Positions 12,580 to 23,701 of a stretch of 64,000 bases of DNA are shown piece by piece. The notes beneath the pieces are model-generated. The model was not told the origin of the DNA. It was given only the letters and a program-made list of their open reading frames with translations, and did no database searches. The translations under genes and the position numbers were made by a program. The stretch is from Eremomyces bilateralis CBS 781.70 (lineage: Eukaryota): the NCBI GenBank assembly GCA_010015585.1, contig ML975154.1. One strand, written 5' to 3'. Each line of letters opens with the position of its first letter. Position 1 is the stretch's first letter.

Positions 12580-13945
12580 TGAGGTGCCCTCGCTACACAG
12601 GAATACGTGTGGTATTGCGTTGGGATCCCAGGTACCCCAACGACTCAGACCGCGCTGGCACCAACTTTAACGACGTTGCCATCGGGAACAGCGCCATTTT
12701 CTCAACAGACTAGAATCACCTCCAGATATACAAAATAGTGGCTCGTGACAAGGTATAAAATCCAAATCCAGGTATATGAATCCAACACTGACGTGTCCAA
12801 AGTGGCGACGGCTGCTACTCTATCGTGTACGGGAATAGTCTCGCCGTCGCCGACTTCTACGTCTGGAATCCGACACTCGGACCCGCATGCGAGGGCCTCG
12901 AAGAAGACTATTTCGTCTGCGCTGGGACCGATCTGCCCTCGACAACGATGCCAGGTGGTAGCAGCTCTTCCATTACTTCCGCGCCGTCCAGTTCGTCTAT
13001 TTCATCCAGCTCGTCCAATCCAGCTCGCCCAACCCCGAGCCCAACGCCAGGCAGCTTTTTGCTGGACAGTACCTGCGACGGGAGGAACGATTTCGTCTGC
13101 GCAGGGTCTTTATTCAGAATTTGCTGTAGCAGCGCCGGCTAGTGTGGAAGCACTTCCACACATGGTGAGGCGGGATGCCAACCCGTGTTCGGCCAATGTA
13201 CCGGATCAAATATCTCTCCAGGTAGTACATGTGGAGGCACCACTGGCTACACATGTCAAGGATCCGGCTACGGCAATTGCTGCACCTCGTCTGGATGATG
13301 AGGCGGCTCTACAGTACACTGAGAAAGGGGTTGCCAGTCATAGTTCGGAACTTACACATTAGGACCAACCATATCCCCAGATGGTAGCTGCGGAGGTACC
13401 AGTTAGTATACCTGTGCTGGATAATCGTTCAGAAACTGTTGTAGCAGTTCACGCTGGTGTGGCAGCTCTTCTGTTTACTGTGGCTCTGGCTGTCAGTCAA
13501 CGTACGGAACTTGTTCTGGAGGCGACAATACTTCGCCGATGGTACATGTCGTGGCACTAACGGCTGCTCATGTACGAATTCTGGCTTCGGTGGCTGTTGC
13601 AGCTCTAGTGGATATTGGGGGACTACAGGTATTCATTGCACATAATGATGGTGTGTTTAATACGTATGTAATTTGACCGACAGTTCCTGACATGTCTCAG
13701 TCGAACTGCGTTTTCGAATACTTGTATGCCATCTAATGTTCCTAGATGGATCGTGTAGATCAGGGAACGGGAGATATACCTGTGCTGGCGGTCCGTTCAA
13801 CGGACAATACTGCTCGGCCAGAGGCTATTGCAGGACATCACTGGTTTACTGTGGATTTGGATGGTATGTTTGGCTACTAATGTATGTTAATACCACCTCA
13901 CTCACCCAACTTCTAGCCAGTGTGGATACAGTCAGTGTGCTTGAG
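12580..13945 (+). pseudogene. LysM + tandem CBM18 (hevein-like chitin-binding) protein pseudogene
   Basis: LysM remnants (…VWYCVG…; GDGCYSI…DFYVWNPTLGPACEGLEEDYFVC), an S/T-rich linker, then about five DG(S/T)CGG…C…CCS.SGWCG…CG.GCQ..(F/Y)G.C units. Many premature stops (e.g. TAG at 13140 replacing Trp), lost cysteines and frameshifts. 5' end missing. Confidence 0.85.
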
Positions 13946-14389
13946 TGCTACAGTTCGAGTTTGAAAGCCGTCTGGACAGAGCTAGCTCGCTACGGCACAG
14001 ACTGCTTTCGACAATTGGGGTACACATAGACTGGCATACAGGCAAACAATACCCAACTCCTACCAAAGTCCCAACTAACCACAAGATCAACCAATACTAC
14101 ATCTGAGGGGGTTAGGGTGAGCTAGGTTAGTAGGGGTGAGTGGTAATTGGTAAAAATTCCAAATTCTATTGCCCGTAGCTGGAGCCTGGCTTACTACCTT
14201 CTATTTAGTTAGTTATAGTTAACCACACTCCACTAGTTAATGCAAAGTGGATCTGAGAAATGCATAGTGATTAACTTGATATCTCACATCTTCACCGGGG
14301 AAATCTTTTATAGAAACTACTACTCAGAATCTAGTGTTCTTGAACAACCGAGCTACCTAGCACAATCCTGAAGCAACATGTAAAACATC

Positions 14390-16212
14390 ATGTCCACGAA
14401 AGTATCCTCTGATGCTGGCCCACCAGTCCAAGGTTCTAGTTTCCAGTACTCATTACTGCCGGAGAAGAAGGCAGTGATTCGTCTTCTAGAACTTCTTCCA
14501 GGCGACCCCGATGGCAAGATTCGATGTGAGCTCCTGGATTTCGAGCTCAAAGATATTGATCAGAAGTCATATGAAGCACTCTCTTATGTTTGGGGGGAGG
14601 GAAAAGGCTCGACCGAAATCACTGTCAGCAACGAGAGAATGACGATTCGACCGAATCTGCACTTGGCATTACAATCCCTTCGAAACCAGGATTCTACCCG
14701 AACGTTCTGGATAGATGCAATCTGTATTGATCAGAATATCAATAAAGAGAGAGGCCATCAAGTAAATTTAATGAAGAGCATTTATCAAGGAGCAACAGAG
14801 GTGGTCGTTTGTCTTGGAGAAGACACCAAACAAACCAACATTGCCATGGAGTCCCTAAATTATCTTGGAGATGTGCTTGACAAATGTGGTGTAGGACAGC
14901 AGGAGGATCTAAGATTAAATCTCCCTTGAGAATCAATGTCTATCGTCAAGAAGCAATTGATGGCTTTCAATATCTTCTCCAAAGACAATGGTACCAGAGA
15001 GCCTGGATCGTCCAGGAAATTGCTCTTGCCCGCAGCGCTACCATCATGTGTGGGAAGAAGTCGGTCTCAGCAGGGATTTTTTCATCTCTCTCCTGGATGC
15101 TTGAAAAATCCGTTGAGATATCTCCAATCGAGCCTCTACTAAATGTTATGCCCTGATTCTTAAGAGAGAAAAAAGACTCCTGGTGGACGTTAGAACGGGA
15201 TCTCTTTACGCTTCTCCTTAAATTTCGTGATGGTAAAACGACCGGACAGAGGGACAAGATCTATGCTTTCCTTGGTATTGCGAGTGATATTACCAATGGG
15301 AATTTTGAAGCGAGCTACGAGATTAGTGAGCAGGACCTTGTTCAAGATATTATATCTGTCCTTTCCTTCGGAGTCAGGATTAATCGCCCCGTGTTCAGTG
15401 CTCCGCGATGGACATTGGATAGTTTTTTCGAGAATTTGCCCTTCCTTCCATTCATTGTTTCGGATAGAGTTAATCGATCGACCATTTCGCCTGAAGCATT
15501 AAAGTTTCTCTGTACAACACGCTCTACAATTATTAATCACGCTCAAGCTAGAGGGACGCGCATTTCAACCGGTGGAGAAATTGAAGCATTTATAACCCTT
15601 TCGAAGAGCTCTAAGGAAAATCACAGTATCCAAAAAAAAAACGCTAGGAGTGTGTCAAGATATCTTCAACCATCTCTTCGAAACAAATTACCCGAGCTGG
15701 AACAATGATGGTAGAGTTAAGATTCTGTTAAAAGCAGCGAAAGAAGGATACGCAGTGATTACTACGCATTTGCTTTCAACCACAAGCGTTGGAGGTAACT
15801 CGAAGGGTAACGACGGCCGAACGCCACTATCGTGGGCCGCTGGGAATGGGCATGAAGATACCGTCAAGCTGCTGCTTAATACTGGCAAGGTCAATGTTAA
15901 CTCTAAGGATAGAAATTATGGCCGGACGCCGTTGTCGTGGGCCTCTGATAATGGGCACGAGGCCATTGTCAAGCTGCTGCTCGAAACGGGCCAAGTCAAC
16001 ATCGACTCGAAGGACAGCTCCGGCCGGACGCCGCTGTCGTGGGCCGCTGAGAACGGGCACGAGGGCATCGTCAAACTGCTGCTCGAGACGAGCCAAGTCG
16101 ACGTCGACTGGAAGGACTGGTCCGGCCAGATGCCGCTGTTGTGGGCCGTTGGGAACGGGCATGAGGCGGTGGTGAAGCTCAGAAGCTGCTGCAATCTTCT
16201 ATAGTTACGTAG
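14390..16212 (+). pseudogene. HET-domain + C-terminal ankyrin-repeat gene, disrupted
   Basis: HET motifs IRLLELLPG, YEALSYVWG, FWIDAICIDQ…ERGHQV.LM..IY, WYQRAWIVQE and RDKIYA.LG. Frameshift near 14925, in-frame TGA at 15154-15156, A10 frameshift at 15632-15641, and an 8-nt duplication at 16180-16187. ANK repeats GRTPLSWAA.NGHE..VKLLL. Confidence 0.88.
15814..16190 (+). repeat. Four tandem ankyrin-coding repeats (~102-105 bp)
   Basis: Units begin GGCCG(A/G)ACGCC/GGCCAGATGCC at about 15814, 15919, 16022 and 16124. Confidence 0.9.
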
Positions 16213-16903
16213 TTTTCTATACAGTAATATTTGCAAGCCTCCACCCCGCCTACCATGATTGATTGATTGATTCCTGCCACGCCTAGAGAGGACAATCTTA
16301 ATGATATACCTAATTGGGCTAGTATTTATGAGGGCTTAATGAGAGCTAGGGCTAAATCGGGTTAGATTTAATGAAGACTTTATGAGGATAGCGATGAGTC
16401 TGTCTGTCTAATTGAGTGCAAGAGGATGCTCACTTGCTCATGTGCCTTACTAAGGTATTATGTAACATGCCTTTACGTCTGCAGGTCTGAATTATTGGCC
16501 TCAGGCACCAAGGCGGCGATCGTCTCTCGTGTTCACGATGATCTCATCCAAGACTCACCAAGGCAGGGGGAAGCCATGGAAATTGCATCCAATTCTTGAA
16601 TTCTCCGTACAACGTCCGCATGTAAATAGAACAAAATTATAGCCCTAGCACGGAGGATGTCCAACCCGAGTCTCTCGCCTCCTCAATTTCAAAGTCCTGC
16701 TCTTCGGCTTCGACAATGCTCTGCTGTGTATCGTGATCGCCGAAAGATGGAACATTGCAACGCCGCGGTGACATAGAAGCAACGAGGGGCGCGCGATACT
16801 TGAATCTCAACGACCGCCATTCATATACAGAATAACGGTGCTAGATCAGGGTAGCACAGCATTCGGGATCGTTTCTCAATTGCCGGTTTCCACTTGCTCC
16901 GCA

Positions 16904-19900
16904 ATGCCTGAACCATCCTCTGACTCCGCCGCCATCCAGGAGTCCACCCCCGAACCTCCGCATCCTTCCACTTCAGCTACCACGACAACCTCCCACGCTA
17001 ACGGGGCAACCACAAACGGCAGCAAGCTTGTCCGCTCCTCCAGCGATCCACCATACGCTTCTACCAGCCATAACCCCCCAGTCCGCGCCAGCACAGACCC
17101 TAACCCTCCTCGCCCTCCTCTCCGCAAAAGCAGGACTAGCCGTCCTGCAGCACTGCAGCACTCTCAACGACGAACATGGAATCGGCGGGCACGCCCGGTT
17201 GGACTGTCCGGTGCCGTCGCATATCAACTACGGAAAGACGAGGGATCGTCGAGCGAGAGCGAGAGCGATGAAGATGCGGATATATACGGGTTGGATGGAG
17301 AGGGGATCAACGGGCCGGATGAGGAAGCCCAAAAAGGGGCAGGAAAGAGAAGTGGGCCGGATTGGATGGGGCCGTTTTCGCATTTCCATATCGGCAACGA
17401 GCATTTCCGGTCGAAGGGGAGGGTGAGTCACCGCGATGGACGGTTGCATATCTCCGTCAACGAGTTTGCGAACTCGGGGTATCTAGCGAAGGCACTGGGA
17501 GGGGGGATTAAGCGCCACTTGAGGATGGTGCCGGGGACAGAGACCGAAGCCGACCAGAAGAAGATGGAGGAGGAAGAGAAAACGACACAGATCGAGAAGA
17601 AGGTCGAGGTGAAGAAGTGGTGGAAAGATCCGCAAACCCGCCCGAGGCTGAATATCGTCATTATCGTGATCGGAAGCAGGGGTGATATCCAGCCGTTCAT
17701 CAAGATTGGCAAGGTGCTGAAGGATGAATATGGGCATCGAGTACGGTTGGCGACCCATCCGGCGTTCAAAAACTTCGTCGAGAAGGACTCGGGATTGGAG
17801 TTTTTCTCGGTCGGGGGCGACCCATCGGAGTTGATGGCATTCATGGTGAAAAATCCCGGATTGATACCCAGCATCGAGACAGTCAAGAAAGGCGAGGTTG
17901 GGCGACGCCGCAAAGCAATGCATGAGATGTTCAAAGGGATGTGGAGAGCGTGTGTGAACACGACCGATGACGAGAACGATTTAGAGAACCTGAAGATGCG
18001 TATGTGTATCCGCCGGCATATGGCTCTCTGCCACGAGCTAACGATGGTTTCTAGTGGGCACCAAATTCCCCTTCGTGGCAGACGTCATGATCGCCAATCC
18101 GCCCTCGATGGTTCATATCGATATCGCCGAGCGCTTAGGCATCCATTGCCATCTCATATTCACGTTCCCGTATTCTCCTACCACCGCCTTCCCGCATCCG
18201 CTCGCCAACATCAAGCGATCCAATATCGAATTGGGCTACGCCAACTTCGTGAGCTACCCCCTCGTCGAGATGATGACCTGGCAAGGGCTGGGGGACCTGG
18301 TCAACAAGTTCCGCGAAGAAACATTGGGCTTGGAGCCTCTCAGCACACTCTGGGCGCCAGGTAGGGAATGGCGACTCTCCGTGCCTCATACATACATGTG
18401 GAGCCCCTCTCTAGTTCCCAAGCCGCGAGACTGGGGCGATGAGATCACCGTCTCGGGATATGTCTTCTTGGAGCTTGCTAGCAGCTTCACGCCGCCCGAA
18501 GATCTCGCGAAGTTCCTCGAGGCCCGCGAACCACCGGTATACATCGGCTTCGGCAGCATTGTCGTCGATGACCCTGCGCGCTTCACGAAGCTTATCTTCG
18601 AAGCGGTCAAGATTGCCGGTGTACGCGCCCTCGTGAGCAAAGGCTGGGGCGGCCTGGGTGGCGGAGGGAAGGACAAATCCGGCGGCGGGGAATCGAGCTC
18701 CAACTCGCCGTCCAGTAACTCAGCTCAGAATGAGGATGAGGACACCGTTGAAGGAATCAAGATCCCGGATAATATCCTACTTCTTGGAAACACCCCTCAC
18801 GACTGGCTCTTCCCCCGCTGCAGCGCCGTGATCCACCACGGCGGTGCAGGGACCACTGCTATCGGTCTGAAATGCAAGAAGCCGACCGCAATCGTGCCGT
18901 TCTTTGGGGATCAACCTTTCTGGGGCGAGATGTTAGCGAAATCCGGTGCCGGGGCGAAGGAATGCATTCCGTACAAGCAGCTGACTGCCGAGAAATTGGC
19001 GGGCGCGATCAAAGAGTGCCTGACCGATGAGGCGCAGCAAAAAGCCGAGGAGATCGGGAAGGGGATTGAGGCGGAGGGAGACGGTGCGAAGAACGCGGTT
19101 GAAGAGCTGTTCAAACGGATCCCGATGGGCTTGGTTGAGTCAACGGAGTTAGGGGAGAAAAGCATGCGATGTAGCATCTTGAAAGACCATGTCGCGGTGT
19201 GGGAACCCAAGCGGAAGCACCACGGCGCCGGATACCGAGTGAGCCTCAGCGCCCTTGCCGCGGAGGTGCTGGTGCGACAAAAGAAACTGCAGTGGAAAAA
19301 CCTCCGTCTTGTTCGCCATCAGGAGTGGAACGACTTCGAAGGCCCAGGGGAACCCATCACCGGCATCAGCGCCGCTGGCTTGTATTCCATCAAGGAGATC
19401 GTCACAGGCGTCGGCCGCGTTCCCGTCGACGTCATGAAAGACATCGAAGACCGCATTGTGCACTACAACAAAAAACGCCGCCTGAAAAAAGCGGCCCATC
19501 AACGCGTCAAGCAGCTCTGCACTGCCGAAGCCAACGGCAGCGCCGGAAAGCCCTCTCGCCGCCCCATGCTTTTGCGGAAGGTCACCGGCCTCTCCACTTT
19601 ATCTGCCGACCCCTCGGAGAATATCCTCGAGGAGGTCGCCCGGCAGACGGGACTAGGGATCAAACGCACCGCGAAAGCCATCGCGAAGATGCCAATGTTG
19701 CTGCTGCTTGCGCTCGCGTACGGATTCCACAATGCGCCGCGGCTGTACGGTGACGACACGGTGCGGCGACCGGTGCGGATCACGGGGATGCGGTCAGGGC
19801 TACGTGCGGGCCGGAATGAGCTCATGTATGGCGTGTATGACGGGGTCACGGGGCTGGTGCGGCTTCCGGTGCGTGGTGTGAAGGAAGATGGGATTGTTGG

Positions 19901-20537
19901 CGGACTGGTGGGGTTTGGGATGGGGTTTGGTGGGTTCCTGTTGAAGGATATCGCGGCGTTGGTGGGGCCGCCGGCGTATGCGATGAAGGGGGTGGAGAAG
20001 CAGTATGAGCGGTGGAGGGGGAGGGGGCCGGAAGGGTGGGTGCGGAGGACGAGGATTGCGGAGGGGGGGTTGCAGGCGAGGGAGACGCAGGCGGGGATGG
20101 GGATCAATGGAGTGGATGAGGAGGAGCGGAATGCACGAGGATGGCGAGAGTGGGAGGAGGTTCAAGCAAGGGTGCTAGACGGGTGGGATGTGTTGTTCGA
20201 GGCCATGGAGCTAGAGAAAAAGGAAGAGGAAGGCGAGGGGTTGAGGGAGAAGGCACGGAGGAAGAGGGTGGATTTGACTGGAGAGGAGAGGACGGAAATC
20301 GATGTGCCGATGGCCGAGAGGGAGTTGCACGAAAGAGCGAGGAGTTTGGAACGGGTTCGGATGGGGAGAAGGGATGAAGGCAATCCAGAGGGGAAGCAGC
20401 AGAAACAGCAAGAGCCCCAACCTAGCTTGAAGAAACAGTCGACGATTGAACGGTTCAGGAATGAGACGGCTAGGACCATCGAAAGGAAGATGAAGTCCTT
20501 CGGTGCCGGTCGAGATACGAAGATCGGGCGTGATTGA
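16904..20537 (+). CDS. GT1 family UDP-glucose:sterol glucosyltransferase-like protein
   Basis: Motifs IGSRGDIQPF, GHRVRLATH, PPVYIGFGSIVVDDP, PHDWLF, IHHGGAGTTA and PFFGDQPFWG. Single intron 18000-18054 (GTATGT…GCTAAC…TAG) joins the two long ORFs. Confidence 0.92.
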
Positions 20538-20850
20538 AATAACGAACATGAGCGTTCCCTGCTATGCAGCGGCGTTAGATACGTATATGTATAACTACAG
20601 GGGCCAAGGCAACAAGGCGAAGATAGCTACCACAGTTAGAGCGGTTTGAATATGCTTTAATACAGTGCCTGGAAAGTCCCAGGTCTATTTGTACATCCGA
20701 GCCTCGAACAAATGGAGAGATGACGCCTGATGTAGCCTGATATGAAGTCCATACCGACTCCATGGATGCAATTGAACCCAACTTCTCCACAATATGCTCG
20801 TCCCGTGTAATCCTATCCTACATTGTCTTCCGACCCAATCCGCTCCATCT

Positions 20851-21582
20851 TTATCCTCTCCCCCACAACACCTGCCTCCGATACCTATCCTCCCTCGCCT
20901 CTCGTCTCTTCGTCCCCCACCCTTTCTGCACCTCCTCCATCTGCCTCATATGCTCTTTCCCCGCCTCCCGATTCCGCGCGACGATCCGCACGAAGAACTC
21001 CGTGCACTTGAACTTCTGCGATATCTTTGCCACCGTCCACGTCTTCGGGTCGCTGAGCCGCAGGCGGCGGATCTCGTTGATGTCTTGCTCGGTGAGGTGA
21101 TAGCCCTTGCGACCGGTGGGGCCGATGACGGGGCCGAGCGCGGTCTCGGATTCGGAGTGGGAGATGGTTTGGGTGGGCGTTTTTAAGGAGACGGATTTGA
21201 GGGCGGTCATGAGCGAGTTGGGCGCATCGACGGTTAATGGCGTGCCGGTCGGGGTGATCGATGCGGGAGCGGAGGACATTGAAGAGAGCATATGGCGCCG
21301 TGGATCGTGGGCTGGGAGGAACTTCAGCGGCGTGTGGTAGATGTTCGGCGCCGATGATGGAGGGGCGAAGAGGATGTGGTCATATTGCTCGGTGGACGAG
21401 GTGAAGGCGGGTGACGGTGCGATCTTTAGTTTTCTCTTCAGCCGTTTTCGTGTTGACTCCTGGCGGATCTGCTGGAGGGAGAATTGGCACTGGGATGAGC
21501 GGATAGAGGGGCGAGATGATATTGAAGAAAAGAATGACTGCAATGACGACCGGGAAGGTCGTATTGACATTGATTGGGCCAT
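20851..21582 (-). CDS. MRPL20: Mitochondrial large-subunit ribosomal protein mL58 (MRP-L20 family)
   Basis: Ser/Arg-rich targeting-type N-terminus. Motifs PPSSAPNIYHTP.KFLP..DPRR and YHLT..DI.EIRRLR..DP..WT...(I)..KF.C..FFV. Confidence 0.85.
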   Translation of the reverse strand: MAQSMSIRPSRSSLQSFFSSISSRPSIRSSQCQFSLQQIRQESTRKRLKRKLKIAPSPAFTSSTEQYDHILFAPPSSAPNIYHTPLKFLPAHDPRRHMLSSMSSAPASITPTGTPLTVDAPNSLMTALKSVSLKTPTQTISHSESETALGPVIGPTGRKGYHLTEQDINEIRRLRLSDPKTWTVAKISQKFKCTEFFVRIVARNREAGKEHMRQMEEVQKGWGTKRREAREDRYRRQVLWGRG

Positions 21583-23701
21583 GGTTGCGGAGTGGGTAGC
21601 TCGACGCGGGCTTGAGGATGAAACTCAAGAAAGTCGTGATAGATTTCATTCTTGGGAAGATTCATGCCAAGAAAACGTGACTTGATGAGTAAGCACTTTA
21701 AAGCCACCTCCTGCCAGGTGAGTGCCAGGCTGCCAGCAACCAGTCTGCCGCGCTGCCAGTGTGCCACAAGTCCTTTGAGATATCGAATCTTCAAAGGCAT
21801 CCTATATATTTCAGTTAATCAGTTTATTGAACAGCTTTACTTTTGATGTCTGCTTTAATCCAATGGGCACTATTGTGAATAGCTTTACTGGTAATGAATA
21901 CGAGCATGCTGGGCCTCTCTATGTTCAGATGGGAATTCCGTCAAAATGATACTGAGGGAGGTAGATGTAACGAAAGCTTTGAGCAGGAATACTAACCAAA
22001 GACAATGGCTGAACGAGTCCATCCCTAAGAACAGGGCAGGTGGAAGTGCAAAGACAAATAGAAAGGTGCAAGGCTTGGTTTGCCTCTATCTTCTTGCATA
22101 GCGTGTTAGCGAAAGATATGATGATAGTAGACTAATCGGGCCCCCTTAGTATGTATGAAAGGTAGTCTGGCTAGTTTTTCTTCATGGTACAACATTTGTT
22201 GGTCCACAGTGGTAGCTGCAATCCCAGGGGATGCTTCAGTGAATCATAAATTCGATTCCTATCTCGGCCGCGATTTTTTTTCCAAGTCCTTTCTTCCTCT
22301 TTATTAAGTTAATGGAGGTGGACGACCAATTTTAGATACAGTAACAGACGGGGTTATTTTCTTGTGGCATTCGAGTCCGGCTATCTTGCACGCATAACAC
22401 AGGAGGAAATCACTGGGGGCGTGATCACGAGTAGACTATCGAGTCTATGTAAATGGATGATCACGAGGGAGTGGAGTCTTTGGTCGCGAGAGCGTCAACT
22501 CGAAGTGTGGAAAGAGAATCAAAAAGAGAGGAGATGGAAAGGGAGTTTTCGCGCTTCGTTTGGTCAAAAGTGGACGGCAAAGTTCGTCATAGACGGGTTG
22601 GAGGTCGGCCTTATTAAACGGCGGGAATACGCCGACTCCTTTATCAATGGGATGTAATTGGGACCCTCATCGATATATCGGGCCCCGCGAGGTTGCCCAC
22701 CAAAGGCCACTAAATCATAGTCTGACACACCATCGGCCATAGCAAAGAGTAAACCCCCGGAACAAATTAAGCCTCAACCTCCGGCGCGAGATCCGTTGGA
22801 ATCCTACATCTTCTGCAAGGAATGGATCTCAAATCTCCCACCCAATTTTGCTAAAGAACAATGGGAACGGGCTTGGGAAGATATCGTAGAGCCGGCACTG
22901 AAACGGACTGCTGTCACTAAAAAGGAAGGGAGGGAGTGGAAGGCCAGGGAGGACACTGCCAGCAAGGAGGGTAGATGGAGGTGGAAAGGTAAGGCAGTAA
23001 AGATAGGACAAAGGGGAAACAGTCATCACTGGAAGAGGAGTGAGAAGTCAAGTGGGTGGTGGGTGGTGGAGGTTCAGTGTCGGACAATCACCCAAGGAGA
23101 CGTCCAAAGCAGGGACGTTGAGAGTATCACTCGGAGATATGGGATTGGTGTCTGAGTTAACACATGTATAATATAGAATCAGTGTCTGAGGTTAATTGAG
23201 CAAGGATTGGATGATTTGGGGCACCTCTCCTCTTGATGCATGGCAAACAGAATCCGTGGCAGATGGCACCGCTTCCCGACGTACTCGTCCAGCCTGGATA
23301 AACGGTGCCACATCAGGCTAACTAGCCAGGAGCAGAATAAAGCAGTACTATACTAGTAAAGTGCAAGTTGAGAAAAGGTAACGACCGAGTATTTTCCACG
23401 CTCTGGAGGTACGGCCACTGAATGGCCACTTGACAAGTCGGAACGGTTCGATAATTATAAATTATCAAGGTGAGAAGAATCCGCCTGAGACTCCACATTA
23501 CTAAGAGTTAATTATCGTCTCAAAATAAATAGACTAACCCCAGCCAGCCCTTCCAAGAACCGCTTCCTTGCCCATGTTTCCAACCACAATCAAGTCCATC
23601 TCCAAACGCCGCGCCAGGTATGCTCGCACTAAACAGACATATTATTATAATCGACCGTACACTGCCGACCGTCGAACAGAAGAACCTGCAGTGCCTAATA
23701 A

